52,940 nt of DNA from Treponema sp. GTDB taxonomy: Bacteria > Spirochaetota > Spirochaetia > Treponematales > Breznakiellaceae. A program made the translations under genes and the position numbers. Position 1 is the stretch's first letter, and every line of letters begins with the position of its first letter. This document shows positions 8,768-18,643 of the stretch, piece by piece. The stretch spans positions 1-52,940 of the forward strand of contig JAITRH010000246.1 of NCBI GenBank assembly GCA_031288495.1. Direction: 5' to 3'. The notes beneath the pieces are model-generated. The model did not search any database. It was not told the DNA's origin and saw nothing but the letters and a program-made list of their open reading frames with translations.

Positions 8768-9601
8768 TTAACCAAGAAGTTGCAACACCGACTGGGTCCG
8801 CGTATTAGCCTGAGCCAACATGGCATTCCCCGCTTGGGACAGGATCTGATTTTTGGTATAACTAACCATTTCCGATGCCATATTCGTATCCCGAACCTGC
8901 GATTCTGAAGCCTGAAAATTTTCCGCTGCAATTGCCAAACCCTTAGCTGCCTCTTCAAAGCGGTTTTGATAAGCCCCAAGGTCAGCTCGCTGCTTAGAAA
9001 GTTGCCTTAAAGCATTATCCAGCGTTCCGATTCCCCCATTTGCCTTTTCAGCGTCGGTTATATCAAGACCCTCTATACCCAAAGCACTAGCAGTCATGGC
9101 CTCAATATAGACCCGTTCATTCTGATCCATATTAGCCCCAACCTGGAATACCGCGCCCTGATTACCCTCGGTCTCCCGCCCAAAACGCCCCGTTAGAATA
9201 TTCAACGTGTTAAATTGGGCATGACTTGCAACCCGATTGATTTCATCCACCAACTGGGAAACTTCTACCTGAATCTGGATACGATCTTCATCGGTATAAA
9301 TACCGTTGGCAGATTGGACCGACAATTCCCGAATACGATGCAGAATATCCTGGGTTTCCTGAAGATACCCTTCAGCGGTCTGAATAAAAGACACGCCATT
9401 TTGAACATTTCGTTCAGCCTGATTTAGACCCCGAATCTGACTCCGAAATTTTTCAGAAACCGCAAGCCCAGAAGCATCATCCGCCGCTTTATTGATCCGT
9501 TGCCCTGAGCTTAAACGCTCAATGTTCTGCGAAATTTCAGCCTGAGTGATACCCAGATTACGATTAGCATATTGAGCACTCAGGTTATGATTAATTATCA
9601 T
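8768..9601 (-). CDS. flaB: Flagellar filament core protein FlaB (flagellin), copy 1
   Basis: 277 aa. [17 protein letters not shown]... at the N-terminus and ...[19 protein letters not shown] at the C-terminus are the spirochaete FlaB/flagellin N and C domains. Confidence 0.95.
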   Translation of the reverse strand: MIINHNLSAQYANRNLGITQAEISQNIERLSSGQRINKAADDASGLAVSEKFRSQIRGLNQAERNVQNGVSFIQTAEGYLQETQDILHRIRELSVQSANGIYTDEDRIQIQVEVSQLVDEINRVASHAQFNTLNILTGRFGRETEGNQGAVFQVGANMDQNERVYIEAMTASALGIEGLDITDAEKANGGIGTLDNALRQLSKQRADLGAYQNRFEEAAKGLAIAAENFQASESQVRDTNMASEMVSYTKNQILSQAGNAMLAQANTRTQSVLQLLG

Positions 9602-9787
9602 ATAACCCTCCTTGGGTTAATAACCCCTACTATCCATAGTTAGGGTCGAACCGCACGATCGGAAACTCCAGAACCTGTTCACGCCACATATCCTGACATT
9701 TCCAAAAACGGCACGAATCGATCATCAGATGATTAAAAGTAACCCATCACCTAATAAACAATCCCTGCTATCGTACACTTGCTCTAT

Positions 9788-9816
9788 AATATACACCAAA
9801 AGGGATTTTTTGTCAA
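9788..9816 (-). promoter_or_regulatory. Sigma-70-type promoter candidate upstream of flaB copy 1
   Basis: The minus strand reads TTGACA-aaaaatcccttttggtg(17)-TATATT. It lies in the 340-nt flaB-flaB spacer, about 190 nt upstream of the ATG. Confidence 0.5.
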
Positions 9817-9940
9817 AATCGTAAGGTTAAAAATTACCGTTTTTTTTAAATTTTTATCCTGAAAATTAAGTCGTTCTGCTCTTTACTAGAGAGTCCCTCG
9901 GTCAAACAACCAAGGGCCCCCTACATTGTCAAAATACGAC

Positions 9941-10801
9941 CTATTGAAGAAGCTGCAGTACCGACTGGGTCCGCTGATTTGCCTGAGCCAACATAGCCGT
10001 ACCGGCTTGGGAAAGAATCTGATCCCGGGTAAAGGAAACCATCTGCTTTGCCATGTCAGTATCCCTAATCCGAGATTCCGAGGCCTGGAAATTTTCAGCA
10101 CCAATGTCAATGCCACCAATGGCATGTTCAAGCCGATTCTGGTAAGCTCCGAGGTCTGCCCGCTGCTTACTAACTATCTTGAGGGCTTCATCCAAAACCC
10201 CAATAGCCCGGTTGGAATCTTCCGCGCTTTCAAGGCTCACAAAGCTCTGATCCTCCACATTCCGCAATCCCAGTCCCGTCGAAGTCATGGTACCCACAAA
10301 TACCTGCTCCCGCTGATCAATATTGGCCCCAATATGAAGCCACATCGAAGCGGTAAGGGTATTCTCCCCATCCTGGCGAGCATACCGACCGGTAAGCATG
10401 TTCAATCCATTGAACTGGGCGTGGCTGGCAATACGATCGATTTCGTCCACCAACTGGGAAACCTCAATCTGAATCTGCATACGATCTTCTTCAGTATAAA
10501 TGCCGTTGGCCGATTGAACCGCCAATTCCCGAACCCGCTGAAGAATATCCTGGGTTTCCTGGAGATACCCCTCGGTGGTTTGGATAAAAGAAATCCCATC
10601 CGCAGCATTGGCAGACGCCCGATTTAAGCCCTTAATCTGACTCCGAAATTTTTCGGAAACTGCAAGCCCAGAAGCGTCATCTCCCGCCCGGTTAATCCGA
10701 AGCCCCGAAGTGAGCTTCTCCATATTCTTGGTAAGATTACCCTGGGTAACATTAAGAGACCTGTCGGCAAACTGAGCACTCAGGTTATGATTGATGATCA
10801 T
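9941..10801 (-). CDS. flaB: Flagellar filament core protein FlaB (flagellin), copy 2
   Basis: 286 aa. [17 protein letters not shown]... and ...[19 protein letters not shown] mark it as a paralogue of the downstream copy. Confidence 0.95.
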   Translation of the reverse strand: MIINHNLSAQFADRSLNVTQGNLTKNMEKLTSGLRINRAGDDASGLAVSEKFRSQIKGLNRASANAADGISFIQTTEGYLQETQDILQRVRELAVQSANGIYTEEDRMQIQIEVSQLVDEIDRIASHAQFNGLNMLTGRYARQDGENTLTASMWLHIGANIDQREQVFVGTMTSTGLGLRNVEDQSFVSLESAEDSNRAIGVLDEALKIVSKQRADLGAYQNRLEHAIGGIDIGAENFQASESRIRDTDMAKQMVSFTRDQILSQAGTAMLAQANQRTQSVLQLLQ

Positions 10802-10955
10802 GTCATCCTCCTTGATAATTAATAAGGCATCCTTGCCTTGACTTTTACTTAAGTGTTTTTGCTCTTAAACCGATATTTATTATTAATACCAGTCACTCGA
10901 ACCAAGAGAAACAACACCGCGGATGTCCTTCTCTCACTGTCATTTTATACTTATA

Positions 10956-10982
10956 ATATCGGTAATGTCCATAAAAACTTTA
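10956..10982 (-). promoter_or_regulatory. Sigma-28 (FliA-type) promoter of flaB copy 2
   Basis: The minus strand reads TAAAGTTT-ttatggacatt(11)-ACCGATAT. The consensus is TAAAGTTT-N11-GCCGATAA, so the -35 element is perfect and the -10 element matches 6 of 8. It lies about 155 nt upstream of the ATG. Confidence 0.75.
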
Positions 10983-11154
10983 GCATATTTTTTATTTTTT
11001 GCCCGAGCATCTTAGACTTTATCTTAATATCCTCCTGTTCAGAGTACTGCTTGGCTTGTAGGAAAGCTTGTTTTCTATTAGGGTGTATATAAGAAGCTGT
11101 ATGGTATAGCGTATATCAGAGAGGAGCTGTAGGAGCCAAAACGTTAGATTAGCT

Positions 11155-12036
11155 ATGATAGATTTACATACCCATTCAAGCGCTTCTGACGGCACTTTAA
11201 GCCCTGCACAGCTCGTTGAAAATGCCCTGCAGCAGGGTTTATCGGCTTTAGCCTTGACGGATCATGATACTATTGCCGGCCTTGACGAGGCAAAACAGGA
11301 AGCGGAGAAAAGCGCCCTCCGGTTTATTCCGGGAATTGAAATTGAGATAACCTGGGAACCAGGGGAATTTCACCTATTGGGCCTGGGAATCTATCAGCCC
11401 AGGGCGGCTTTTTTGGAAGCCCTTGCTGAATTAGCCCATCTGCGGGAAATGCGGAACCGAAAGATTATCCAACGGATGCAGGAATGGAGTATCCCGGTTA
11501 CCTATGAGGATATCCTTTCCCTCTTTAGATCCAGCGGCAAGTCCATAGGGCGGCCGCATTTTGCCTCTCTCCTGATAAAACTGGGAGTGGTTAAAAATCA
11601 AGAACAGGCCTTTTCCCAGTATCTCGGAAGGGGAAGGCCTTTCTATGTTCCCAAGGAAGGGATGGAATTCCGTCGAGCGGTACAGGTTATCCAGGATGCA
11701 GGAGGCATTGCCGTATTAGCTCATCCCATGTCTCTGTATGTTGCCTGGGGTCATCTCCCGGCTCTGGTAAAGGCGCTCAAGGAGCAGGGACTTAACGGTA
11801 TTGAAGCCTGGCACCCCACTGCCAAGGTTCGATCCTGCAAGCGACTTGAGGAACTGGGAAAATCCCTCGGACTCTGTATCACCGCAGGAAGTGATTTCCA
11901 CGGCGAAACCCGGCCTGAAAGGAAATTGGGCATCACCGCAGGAAATATAAAAATCGACGATGCGATTTTAGCTGCCATACCAGCCTTGGAAGGGCTTAGG
12001 TCGAGGGCTATTACCCCTAAAAGCTTAGCATCTTGA
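11155..12036 (+). CDS. PHP-domain phosphoesterase (TrpH/YciV-like)
   Basis: MIDLHTHSSASDGTLSPAQLV...LALTDHDTIAGL is the PHP-family metal-binding N-terminus. 293 aa. Confidence 0.85.
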   Translation: MIDLHTHSSASDGTLSPAQLVENALQQGLSALALTDHDTIAGLDEAKQEAEKSALRFIPGIEIEITWEPGEFHLLGLGIYQPRAAFLEALAELAHLREMRNRKIIQRMQEWSIPVTYEDILSLFRSSGKSIGRPHFASLLIKLGVVKNQEQAFSQYLGRGRPFYVPKEGMEFRRAVQVIQDAGGIAVLAHPMSLYVAWGHLPALVKALKEQGLNGIEAWHPTAKVRSCKRLEELGKSLGLCITAGSDFHGETRPERKLGITAGNIKIDDAILAAIPALEGLRSRAITPKSLAS

Positions 12037-12121
12037 GGCTTTTCAAAGGTCAAGTTTGAAAAAGCTTCTTTATGTATTAACCCGGTTCCAACAGGGGCTA
12101 TTGCGGAACCGCCTCTATGGT

Positions 12122-12163
12122 AAACTAGAGAGAAAAAAAATTGGTTTTCCTCTCTAGTTTTTC
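12122..12163 (+). terminator. Rho-independent terminator after the PHP gene
   Basis: Stem AAACTAGAGAG / CTCTCTAGTTT (12122-12132 / 12150-12160), followed by TT. Confidence 0.65.
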
Positions 12164-12186
12164 TATATTTATAAAGGAGTATCTGT

Positions 12187-12597
12187 ATGTTTACTACTAC
12201 AGTAAGTCCCCGATTCGGCGATGCAGACGGCTTGGGGCATATCAATAATACGGTTTTAGCCGTCTGGTTTGAACTGGCACGGAATCCCCTCTTTAGAATT
12301 TTTAATCCCACCCTGGATCTGTCTTTCCAACATTGGCCCCTCATCATGGCCCACACGGAGTATGATTTTGTGGGTGAGCTTTTTTTACCCTATGATGTGG
12401 AGATTCGTACTTTCATCAGCCATATCGGTACCACGTCTTTTACGCTGTACCATGAAGCCTGGCAACAGGGCAGACTCTGCGTCACAGGGAAGGCGGTAGT
12501 GGTTCATTATGATTTTATCAAAAAACAAAGCACGCCCCTTCCTGAAGATAAGAAGCTCCTCCTGGCAGAACACCTCCTTAACGCTGCTAAAGGGTAA
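12187..12597 (+). CDS. Hotdog-fold acyl-CoA thioesterase (4HBT/YbgC-like)
   Basis: 136 aa. VSPRFGDADGLGHINNTVLAVWFE is the typical 4HBT-family N-terminal catalytic region. An AAGGAG SD precedes the ATG. Confidence 0.75.
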   Translation: MFTTTVSPRFGDADGLGHINNTVLAVWFELARNPLFRIFNPTLDLSFQHWPLIMAHTEYDFVGELFLPYDVEIRTFISHIGTTSFTLYHEAWQQGRLCVTGKAVVVHYDFIKKQSTPLPEDKKLLLAEHLLNAAKG

Positions 12598-12620
12598 TGC
12601 CTTCGATGTTCACCGACCTA

Positions 12621-13502
12621 TCATGCTACATAACTTTCCAGGAGCCGCTGACAAGAAGGATGCTGTAAGCGTTTGAGGGCTTTCTTTTCAATCTGACGGA
12701 TCCGTTCTTTGGTCAAATTAAAGTAATCCCCTATTTCTTTTAAAGACATAGGCGCCTTATTTCCTAAACCAAAGCGAAACCGGATAATTTCCGCTTCTTT
12801 AGGGTTGAGCGTACGCAGTACGGTTTCAATGTCATCATGGAGCGCACTGGTTACCGCATGCTCGTCTGGGGAGCGATAATGCTCATCTTCAATAAAATCA
12901 CCCAAAAGGGAAGAATCTTTATCCGCATAGACCGGGTTTTCCAGGGATATAAGATCCCGACTAATGTTGACCAGGTCCTCTACATGAGCGACATCCATAT
13001 CCAGCAACCGGGCTATTTCGGTGATCTCTGCCTCTGCACCATGGCCGTCCTGGACGAGCTTCCGCGCCTTTTCAATCTGGACCAATTCATTGGCCCGATT
13101 AAGCGGAAGCCGGATCATCCGGGATTTTTCACAAATCGCCTTAAGAATGGCCTGGCGGATCCACCAGACTGCATAGGAAATGAAATGATACCCTTTATTT
13201 ACATCATACCGTTCGATAGCATTTAAGAGTCCTATATTGCCTTCACTGATAAGATCCGACAAGGGGAGTCCCTGACCTTGATATTTCTTGGCCACATTGA
13301 CTACAAATCGAAGGTTCGCACTAGCCAGCTTATCCTGAGCAAGCTTACTGCCCTGGGCTGCGGCCCGGGCGATCTGATCTTCTTCTTCTTTGGTCAGCAA
13401 AGGAATCCGGTTAATTTCTTTTAAATACAGGGAAAGAATATTTTCATCGGAATTACTAGTTCCCGCAGAGGTATTCTTTTTTTTGTTTTTTACGCTCGTC
13501 AT
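12621..13502 (-). CDS. Sigma-70 family RNA polymerase sigma factor (short SigA/RpoS-like, regions 1.2-4)
   Basis: LYLKEINRIPLLTKEEE (region 1.2), RFVVNVAKKYQGQGLPLSDLISEGNIGLLNAIERYD...YAVWWIRQAI (region 2) and LKEIGDYFNLTKERIRQIEKKALKRL (region 4.2). It is not FliA-like, because region 1.2 is present. From memory, T. pallidum also has a sigA-type gene next to groES; this needs checking. Confidence 0.85.
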   Translation of the reverse strand: MTSVKNKKKNTSAGTSNSDENILSLYLKEINRIPLLTKEEEDQIARAAAQGSKLAQDKLASANLRFVVNVAKKYQGQGLPLSDLISEGNIGLLNAIERYDVNKGYHFISYAVWWIRQAILKAICEKSRMIRLPLNRANELVQIEKARKLVQDGHGAEAEITEIARLLDMDVAHVEDLVNISRDLISLENPVYADKDSSLLGDFIEDEHYRSPDEHAVTSALHDDIETVLRTLNPKEAEIIRFRFGLGNKAPMSLKEIGDYFNLTKERIRQIEKKALKRLQHPSCQRLLESYVA

Positions 13503-13813
13503 TGTTGTACCTCCTCGTAGCGTGAGTTTATATATAAAATATATGCAAAAACCATACCAACTTGTAAAGAATACCGATTATAGGCAATAAAATCGAGTAT
13601 TATCTGATAAGGTTGGATATAATATCTCATAAAAGCAGGCATAGAGGAAGACCTCAGCCTGGTTTTTCCAGGAGCAGGAAGGCTTTGTGCTGTCTTCCCT
13701 GGGGCAATCGTTCCATAATGACCCATTTTCGCTAAATTGTTTGAAAAATGTATCAAATTGACTCTCTCTTTGATTCGATTCGATGCATACCATAGGCAGC
13801 ACCTCAATAATTC

Positions 13814-13842
13814 TTGACCTTTGGAAGAATTTTTCGTATATT
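13814..13842 (+). promoter_or_regulatory. Sigma-70-type promoter candidate for groES
   Basis: TTGACC-tttggaagaatttttcg(17)-TATATT, about 50 nt upstream of the groES ATG. No CIRCE inverted repeat was seen. Confidence 0.55.
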
Positions 13843-13892
13843 CTATTTATCCAAATATTCAACAATTATTATTAAGATAATGGAGGAAACTT

Positions 13893-14159
13893 ATGAAAGT
13901 AAAGCCCTTAGCAGATCGGGTCATAGTCAAACTTGAGAAAAACGAAGCTAAAACTGCGGGGGGGATTATTATTCCCGATACGGCTCAAGAAAAAACCCAG
14001 ACTGGCGTGGTGGTGGAAATTGGCGACGACAGTGAAGTGATCAAAGTAAAACCGGGCCAAAAGGTGCTGTACGATAAGTACGCCGGGACCCAGATAAAAA
14101 TCGACGGGGTAGAGCACCTGATTCTTAAGATGGCGGATATTATCGCGGTTATTGAGTAG
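13893..14159 (+). CDS. groES: Co-chaperonin GroES
   Basis: 88 aa. MKVKPLADRVIVKLEKNEAKTAGGIIIPDTAQEKTQTGVVVEIG is the canonical Cpn10 sequence. Confidence 0.95.
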   Translation: MKVKPLADRVIVKLEKNEAKTAGGIIIPDTAQEKTQTGVVVEIGDDSEVIKVKPGQKVLYDKYAGTQIKIDGVEHLILKMADIIAVIE

Positions 14160-14195
14160 CGTTTTGTCTGCAACCCTTATATAGCGGGGCATCAA

Positions 14196-14228
14196 CAAAA
14201 AACCCGGTTCGTATGACCGGGTTTTTTG
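14196..14228 (+). terminator. Rho-independent terminator after groES
   Basis: AAAAAACCCGGT-tcgtatg-ACCGGGTTTTTT. The A-tract and T-tract flanks make it potentially bidirectional. Confidence 0.8.
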
Positions 14229-14601
14229 GTTTGCGCTGGTTTCCGGGATCCCCAACCCCTCAGGGTGCTCCTTATGGGTCTACGGACATGGTGGACCGAG
14301 GTAAGGAAACGACTGCGATCCTCTGTGCCGCTCTTGACTTAGGCCGCTCAAACCCCTTCTTTAGCCTTCTCGACTATTTCTTCCTTAATCTATCCCGTTC
14401 CGGGAGATACCGCCGCTATACGGATGGCCGCTCTCTACCGCCATAACACACCCTCTTCCCTTCCTAGCGGTAGCCGCCACCGCCTCATAGGTCCGCCCGC
14501 ATCGTGGTTTTGAAACCGGTTCATATTACCCCAGCCCCAGCGTCCTAGCATAAATTACCCCGCCGGTATATAACAGTAGTAACAAAGAAAGGAGAACCAT
14601 T

Positions 14602-15570
14602 ATGGTTACAACTGACGCGGATCTGCTTATTCTGGGGGCCGGTCCCGCAGGGCTTACCGCAGCCCAATATGGAGCCCGGGCTAATATGCGGGTCCTGGTG
14701 ATTGAAGAACTGGCTCCCGGCGGACAAGCCCTCCTCATTGATGCTTTGGAAAATTATCCCGGCTATATAGCATCGGTTCCTGGAACATGTAGATCCGGGT
14801 TTGAGCTTGCCCAGGATATGCACCGCCAGGCTGCAAGTTTTGGAGCCGCCTTTATCACCCAAACCGCCCGGTCCCTGCACAAAGAGGGGGATATTTTTAC
14901 GGTATGTTTGGAAACGGGCGACACCCTTCGGGGCTTTGCGGTGATTGTGGCTACCGGGGCTAAACACCGGATCCTGGATGTTCCTGGGGAGATTGAATTC
15001 ACCGGCCGCGGGGTCTCCTATTGCGCCAACTGTGACGGCCCCTTCTTCAAAGGGAAAAAGGTCTTTGTAATGGGCGGCGGCGATGCGGCCTGTGATGAAG
15101 CCCAGTTCCTTTCCCGTCTGGCGTCCCAGGTGGTGCTGGTTCACCGCCGGGATCGCTTCCGTTCCCAGAAAGCCCTGGCTGAACGGGTATTGCGCAATCC
15201 CCATATTACGGTGCGTTTCAATACCCGGCTGCTCGAGATCCGGGGGGCAAATACAGTAAGCTCCGTACTTTTGGAAAACATCCTAACCGGGGAATCCTAT
15301 GAGGAAGCAGGGGACGGGGTTTTTATCTTTGTAGGGACCATTCCCCAGACGTCCCTGGTTCCCTCTGTCGAGAAAGATGAGAATGGCTATATCATCACCG
15401 ATCAGGAAATGGCCGCTTCCATTCCTGGGATCTTCTGTGCCGGAGATGTCCGGGCCTGTCCCTTCCGCCAAGTGGTGGTTGCCGCAGGGGAAGGGGCGGT
15501 TGCAGCCCATAGCGCGGTAGCCTATATCGACCGGATTAAAGAGCAAGGGGATTGGGGTGCGGCGCTTTAG
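14602..15570 (+). CDS. trxB: Thioredoxin-disulfide reductase
   Basis: DLLILGAGPAGLTAAQYGAR (FAD motif), redox centre VSYCANCDG and second dinucleotide motif VFVMGGGDAA. 322 aa. Confidence 0.9.
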   Translation: MVTTDADLLILGAGPAGLTAAQYGARANMRVLVIEELAPGGQALLIDALENYPGYIASVPGTCRSGFELAQDMHRQAASFGAAFITQTARSLHKEGDIFTVCLETGDTLRGFAVIVATGAKHRILDVPGEIEFTGRGVSYCANCDGPFFKGKKVFVMGGGDAACDEAQFLSRLASQVVLVHRRDRFRSQKALAERVLRNPHITVRFNTRLLEIRGANTVSSVLLENILTGESYEEAGDGVFIFVGTIPQTSLVPSVEKDENGYIITDQEMAASIPGIFCAGDVRACPFRQVVVAAGEGAVAAHSAVAYIDRIKEQGDWGAAL

Positions 15571-17305
15571 ACCAAAACCTCCTCTATCGGCGATGCTCGT
15601 TGTGCTCTTTGGGCTGTCCCTCCAGGGTTTCTCTCTGGACTTTACGGATCCGGGGAGGCTTGGGGATATAGATTCCCATGCCGCTGCCTTGGTGGAACAC
15701 ATGTCTGATGCACAGGCCCTTGCCCAAACCTTCATGCTGGGCTGGGTGGGGGCCACCCCGTCGCCCCTGATTCTCGACTGGATTCGGGATCGCCATATCG
15801 GGGGCATTAAAATCTTCGGCTGGAACACCGAAGATACCACCAAACTGGCAGAAACCGTAGGGGCCCTCCAGGCTGAAGCCTTACGAGGGCCCTTTCATAT
15901 ACCCCTTCTGGTTGCCACGGACCAGGAAGGAGGCTGGATTCGGCATGTGAAAGGCGCCACCAGTGAAACCCCGGGCAACATGGCCATCGGCGCCTCAGGA
16001 CGTCCCATGGACGCCTATTGGTCGGGCTATTATATAGGCCGGGAACTGGCGGTGCTGGGAATTAATATGAATTTTGCCCCAACGGTGGATGTCTATACCA
16101 ATCGAGATTCGGTAATCATCGGTCCCCGTGCTTTTGGCGCGGATCCGGCCCGGGTAGGCATTCTGGGAACCGCCTTTATGAAGGGCCAGCATGCCGCAGG
16201 GATCATCGCTACGGCAAAGCATTATCCGGGACACGGCGATACGAACCTGGATTCTCATGGGGTGCTTCCCCGGATCGACGCCTCTTTTGAGCAGTTGTGG
16301 GAGCGGGAACTCATCCCCTATCGGCTCCTTACCAAGGAGGGGCTCACCGCGGTTATGAGCGGCCATCTCGCGTTTCCCAACACCCGGGCAGGGTTGACCC
16401 CGGCCTCCCTTTCATCCTGGTTTTTGCAGGACCTGCTGCGGGGTACCCTGGGGTTTAAGGGAATCATCATTACCGATGACCTTATGATGAACAGCGCCAC
16501 CATGAGCGCGGGGAGTCTTTCCCAGGCTGCGAAGGAAGCCCTTCTTGCGGGAAACGATATCATCATGCTTTCCAAGACCCCCCGCTTGTATGACCCTATT
16601 TGGACCCGCCTGGTGGATGCTATGGACCAAGAACCCCGGTTTCGCGAGCGGGTCAGAGATGCGGCCCGGCGGGTACTGGGGATTAAACTTACCTACCTCC
16701 GGGGCGAGCAGGCGGTCCCGTGGATACCGGATCTCAAAAAGGTTGCATCCAATCTGCCGGATCCCGAAGGGACGGCTTTTTTTTTGAATCTCGCGGCCCG
16801 GAGTGCTACCGTGGTGAAGGGGGCGATGGAAACCCCTGTAGTTCAGGAACTCAGCCCGGGAAAACCCCAAGAGCCGGATAAGGGGAGGAGAGGGACCGCG
16901 GTTTTTCCCCTGAGCCCTGAGAAAGCAGGGAAGGTGCTGCTGGCAGGCCAGTACGAGGATTTTTTCACGGTTGGAAAAAAGGCCTATCCCGAAGCTTCCG
17001 GGTATTGGTACGATCCTGAGGAAGGCACCGACTTGGTGCAGTACGCCCAAAAGGCGGATACGATTATCTTTTGCATCGCCAACGCCGATGGTTTGCCTTT
17101 CCTGCAAAGCCTGCAAGGGCTGCGCAAACGGGTGATCGTCCTGTCGGTGCTGAGCCCGGTCCATCTTGATACGGTTCCCTGGGTGGACGGGGCCGTCGCG
17201 GTGTACAGTTATGCCCGGGAATCCTTTATTGCCGGGTTTTCAGTGCTCCTCGGCAGGATTCCTCCGGGAGGAACCCTGCCTTTTTCATTGAACGAAACTC
17301 CATGA
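15557..17305 (+). CDS. Secreted glycoside hydrolase family 3 protein (beta-N-acetylhexosaminidase, NagZ-like)
   Basis: ATDQEGGWIRH and KHYPGHGDTNLDSH are GH3 N-domain motifs. It has an N-terminal signal peptide. The GTG start overlaps the trxB end by 14 nt; an alternative ATG lies at 15593. Confidence 0.8.
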   Translation: MRRFRPKPPLSAMLVVLFGLSLQGFSLDFTDPGRLGDIDSHAAALVEHMSDAQALAQTFMLGWVGATPSPLILDWIRDRHIGGIKIFGWNTEDTTKLAETVGALQAEALRGPFHIPLLVATDQEGGWIRHVKGATSETPGNMAIGASGRPMDAYWSGYYIGRELAVLGINMNFAPTVDVYTNRDSVIIGPRAFGADPARVGILGTAFMKGQHAAGIIATAKHYPGHGDTNLDSHGVLPRIDASFEQLWERELIPYRLLTKEGLTAVMSGHLAFPNTRAGLTPASLSSWFLQDLLRGTLGFKGIIITDDLMMNSATMSAGSLSQAAKEALLAGNDIIMLSKTPRLYDPIWTRLVDAMDQEPRFRERVRDAARRVLGIKLTYLRGEQAVPWIPDLKKVASNLPDPEGTAFFLNLAARSATVVKGAMETPVVQELSPGKPQEPDKGRRGTAVFPLSPEKAGKVLLAGQYEDFFTVGKKAYPEASGYWYDPEEGTDLVQYAQKADTIIFCIANADGLPFLQSLQGLRKRVIVLSVLSPVHLDTVPWVDGAVAVYSYARESFIAGFSVLLGRIPPGGTLPFSLNETP

Positions 17306-17326
17306 GACCCCCTGCTTGAGCTTGGT

Positions 17327-18202
17327 ATGATTCCGTTTCATGCTCCCTCTGCTTGGTATATGCTCGAAACCAATCCCCCGGAGGCGCTCCGCTTACAGGT
17401 AGCGGCATTCCTGCAAACCCGGGAACCCTATTGCGTGGCTGCGTCCGCCCGGTTTCTTCAGCGGAACCGCCAGGATCAGATCTGGGTACAGGAAAACCGC
17501 TGTACCCGGCCAAGAAGGATTGCAGGGCTTATCATCCACAGCAAAGGCACCCTGTTTCCCGTCTTTAACCGCATGAGCCCGGGGTTCCTTAAGGATTTCC
17601 CGGTTCGTGCGCTGCAAAGCCCGGGCTTTTATGCTATCCAGGGTATCCGTGGGGATGTGGCATTACTGGAGCAGGTCTTTGCTTTGCGTGGGCTATGCTC
17701 CGCAAAGCGTCTTGACTATGATTTGATGACCCTGGATCAGGAACCGCCTTGGCTTCTCTCCCCGGTCCCAGGACTCATCCTCCGATACGCCGAACCCCGG
17801 GATATGGAGGAGGTGTTGCGCCTGCAGGCAGCCTATGAACAGGAAGAAGTGATCCCCCGGGGAGAGGTATTTAATCCTGCCCTGTGCCGCCTGTCTCTGG
17901 AACATACCCTGCGCCATGAATACCTGCTGCTGGCCCAGGGGAAATCAAAAATCCTGGGGAAGATCAACACCAACGCCGCGTCTTTTTCCCGGTACCAGAT
18001 AGGCGGGGTGTATGTCTGTCCTGATTACCGGGGCTTAGGTATCGCCTCTTACATGAGCGCCGCCTTTGCCCGGGACCTGCATACTGCCGGAAGGGGGCTG
18101 AGCCTTTTCGTGAAGAAGCAAAACCCCGGGGCCCGAGAGGTGTACCGGCGTATCGGGTTTAAGGTTGTGGAGGATTACCGGATAAGCTACTACGAAACGT
18201 GA
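17327..18202 (+). CDS. GNAT family N-acetyltransferase with an N-terminal extra domain
   Basis: The C-terminal QIGGVYVCPDYRGLGIASYMSAAFARDL ... VYRRIGFK is GNAT motif A (acetyl-CoA binding). Confidence 0.7.
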   Translation: MIPFHAPSAWYMLETNPPEALRLQVAAFLQTREPYCVAASARFLQRNRQDQIWVQENRCTRPRRIAGLIIHSKGTLFPVFNRMSPGFLKDFPVRALQSPGFYAIQGIRGDVALLEQVFALRGLCSAKRLDYDLMTLDQEPPWLLSPVPGLILRYAEPRDMEEVLRLQAAYEQEEVIPRGEVFNPALCRLSLEHTLRHEYLLLAQGKSKILGKINTNAASFSRYQIGGVYVCPDYRGLGIASYMSAAFARDLHTAGRGLSLFVKKQNPGAREVYRRIGFKVVEDYRISYYET

Positions 18203-18379
18203 ATTCCGCGGGGTCGACGGGCGATACCGGTACCGGAATGATAAGCGACTGTGCGGTGAGACAAAGAAGCAAAAGTCCGCTCAGGTTTTAGCTTCATCCT
18301 ATCTCCTTGCCTGTATCGGGCCAATCCAGAACCCGCCCATTAAGGTACCTCCTGCTTCATGCACTGGAGGGAAGGCTCC

Positions 18380-18576
18380 CACGGTCAACAAGGTAAAGAA
18401 TGGTGTTCACCGATGACCCAGATTGCGGGCTAAAGTCCGGCACCGGTTAAGCGGATTGTTTGGACGAAAAAGCTGGGTAATCCAGGTAATCGGTGTAATC
18501 GCGGACCTCCGGTCCGGCGGACCAGAGGTCCGTGAAGACCTCTTTTGGTTTCCGGCCCCTTACCGTGTTGACCGTG
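18380..18576 (+). repeat. Structured repeat element, copy A (~195 nt)
   Basis: The ends CACGGTCAACAaGGTAA.. and ..TTACCgTGTTGACCGTG are reverse complements, forming a closing helix. Internal hairpins are conserved with copies B, C and D. A terminator-like hairpin GAGGTC/GACCTC followed by TTTTGGTTT lies at 18525-18551. Confidence 0.8.
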
Positions 18577-18643
18577 AGAAGCCAGGGTATGGGCGTTTAC
18601 TTTTGTAATTTCTTGTAAAACAAGGAATGAGATTTCCTAGATG

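Noticed and set aside
10853-11092. A 79-aa plus-strand ORF lies in the flaB/PHP intergenic region.
   Set aside because: It is AT-rich promoter DNA with a GTG start and no SD, and its peptide is low-complexity and hydrophobic. It overlaps the sigma-28 promoter of flaB.
13893-14159. groES has no adjacent groEL and no CIRCE operator, which could hint at an operon disruption.
   Set aside because: A clean promoter and a strong terminator flank groES. As far as I recall, separate groES and groEL loci are normal in Treponema, so this is probably the native arrangement.
14229-14601. The 370-nt gap after groES contains ACGGACATGGTGGACCGAGGTAAGG, which is reminiscent of the left arm of the structured repeat.
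   Set aside because: I could not find a matching right arm or the internal hairpins. The similarity is too short to call another copy.
18423-18608. A 61-aa ORF in repeat copy A and a 71-aa ORF in copy D (24861-25076) have similar translations (RHRLSGLFGRKSWVIQVIG.../RHRRSGLFGRTSGVIQVIG...).
   Set aside because: Nucleotide differences between the copies fall on codon positions 1 and 2 as often as on position 3. Copy B lacks the same ORF and neither ORF has an SD. The conservation is better explained by RNA/DNA structure.
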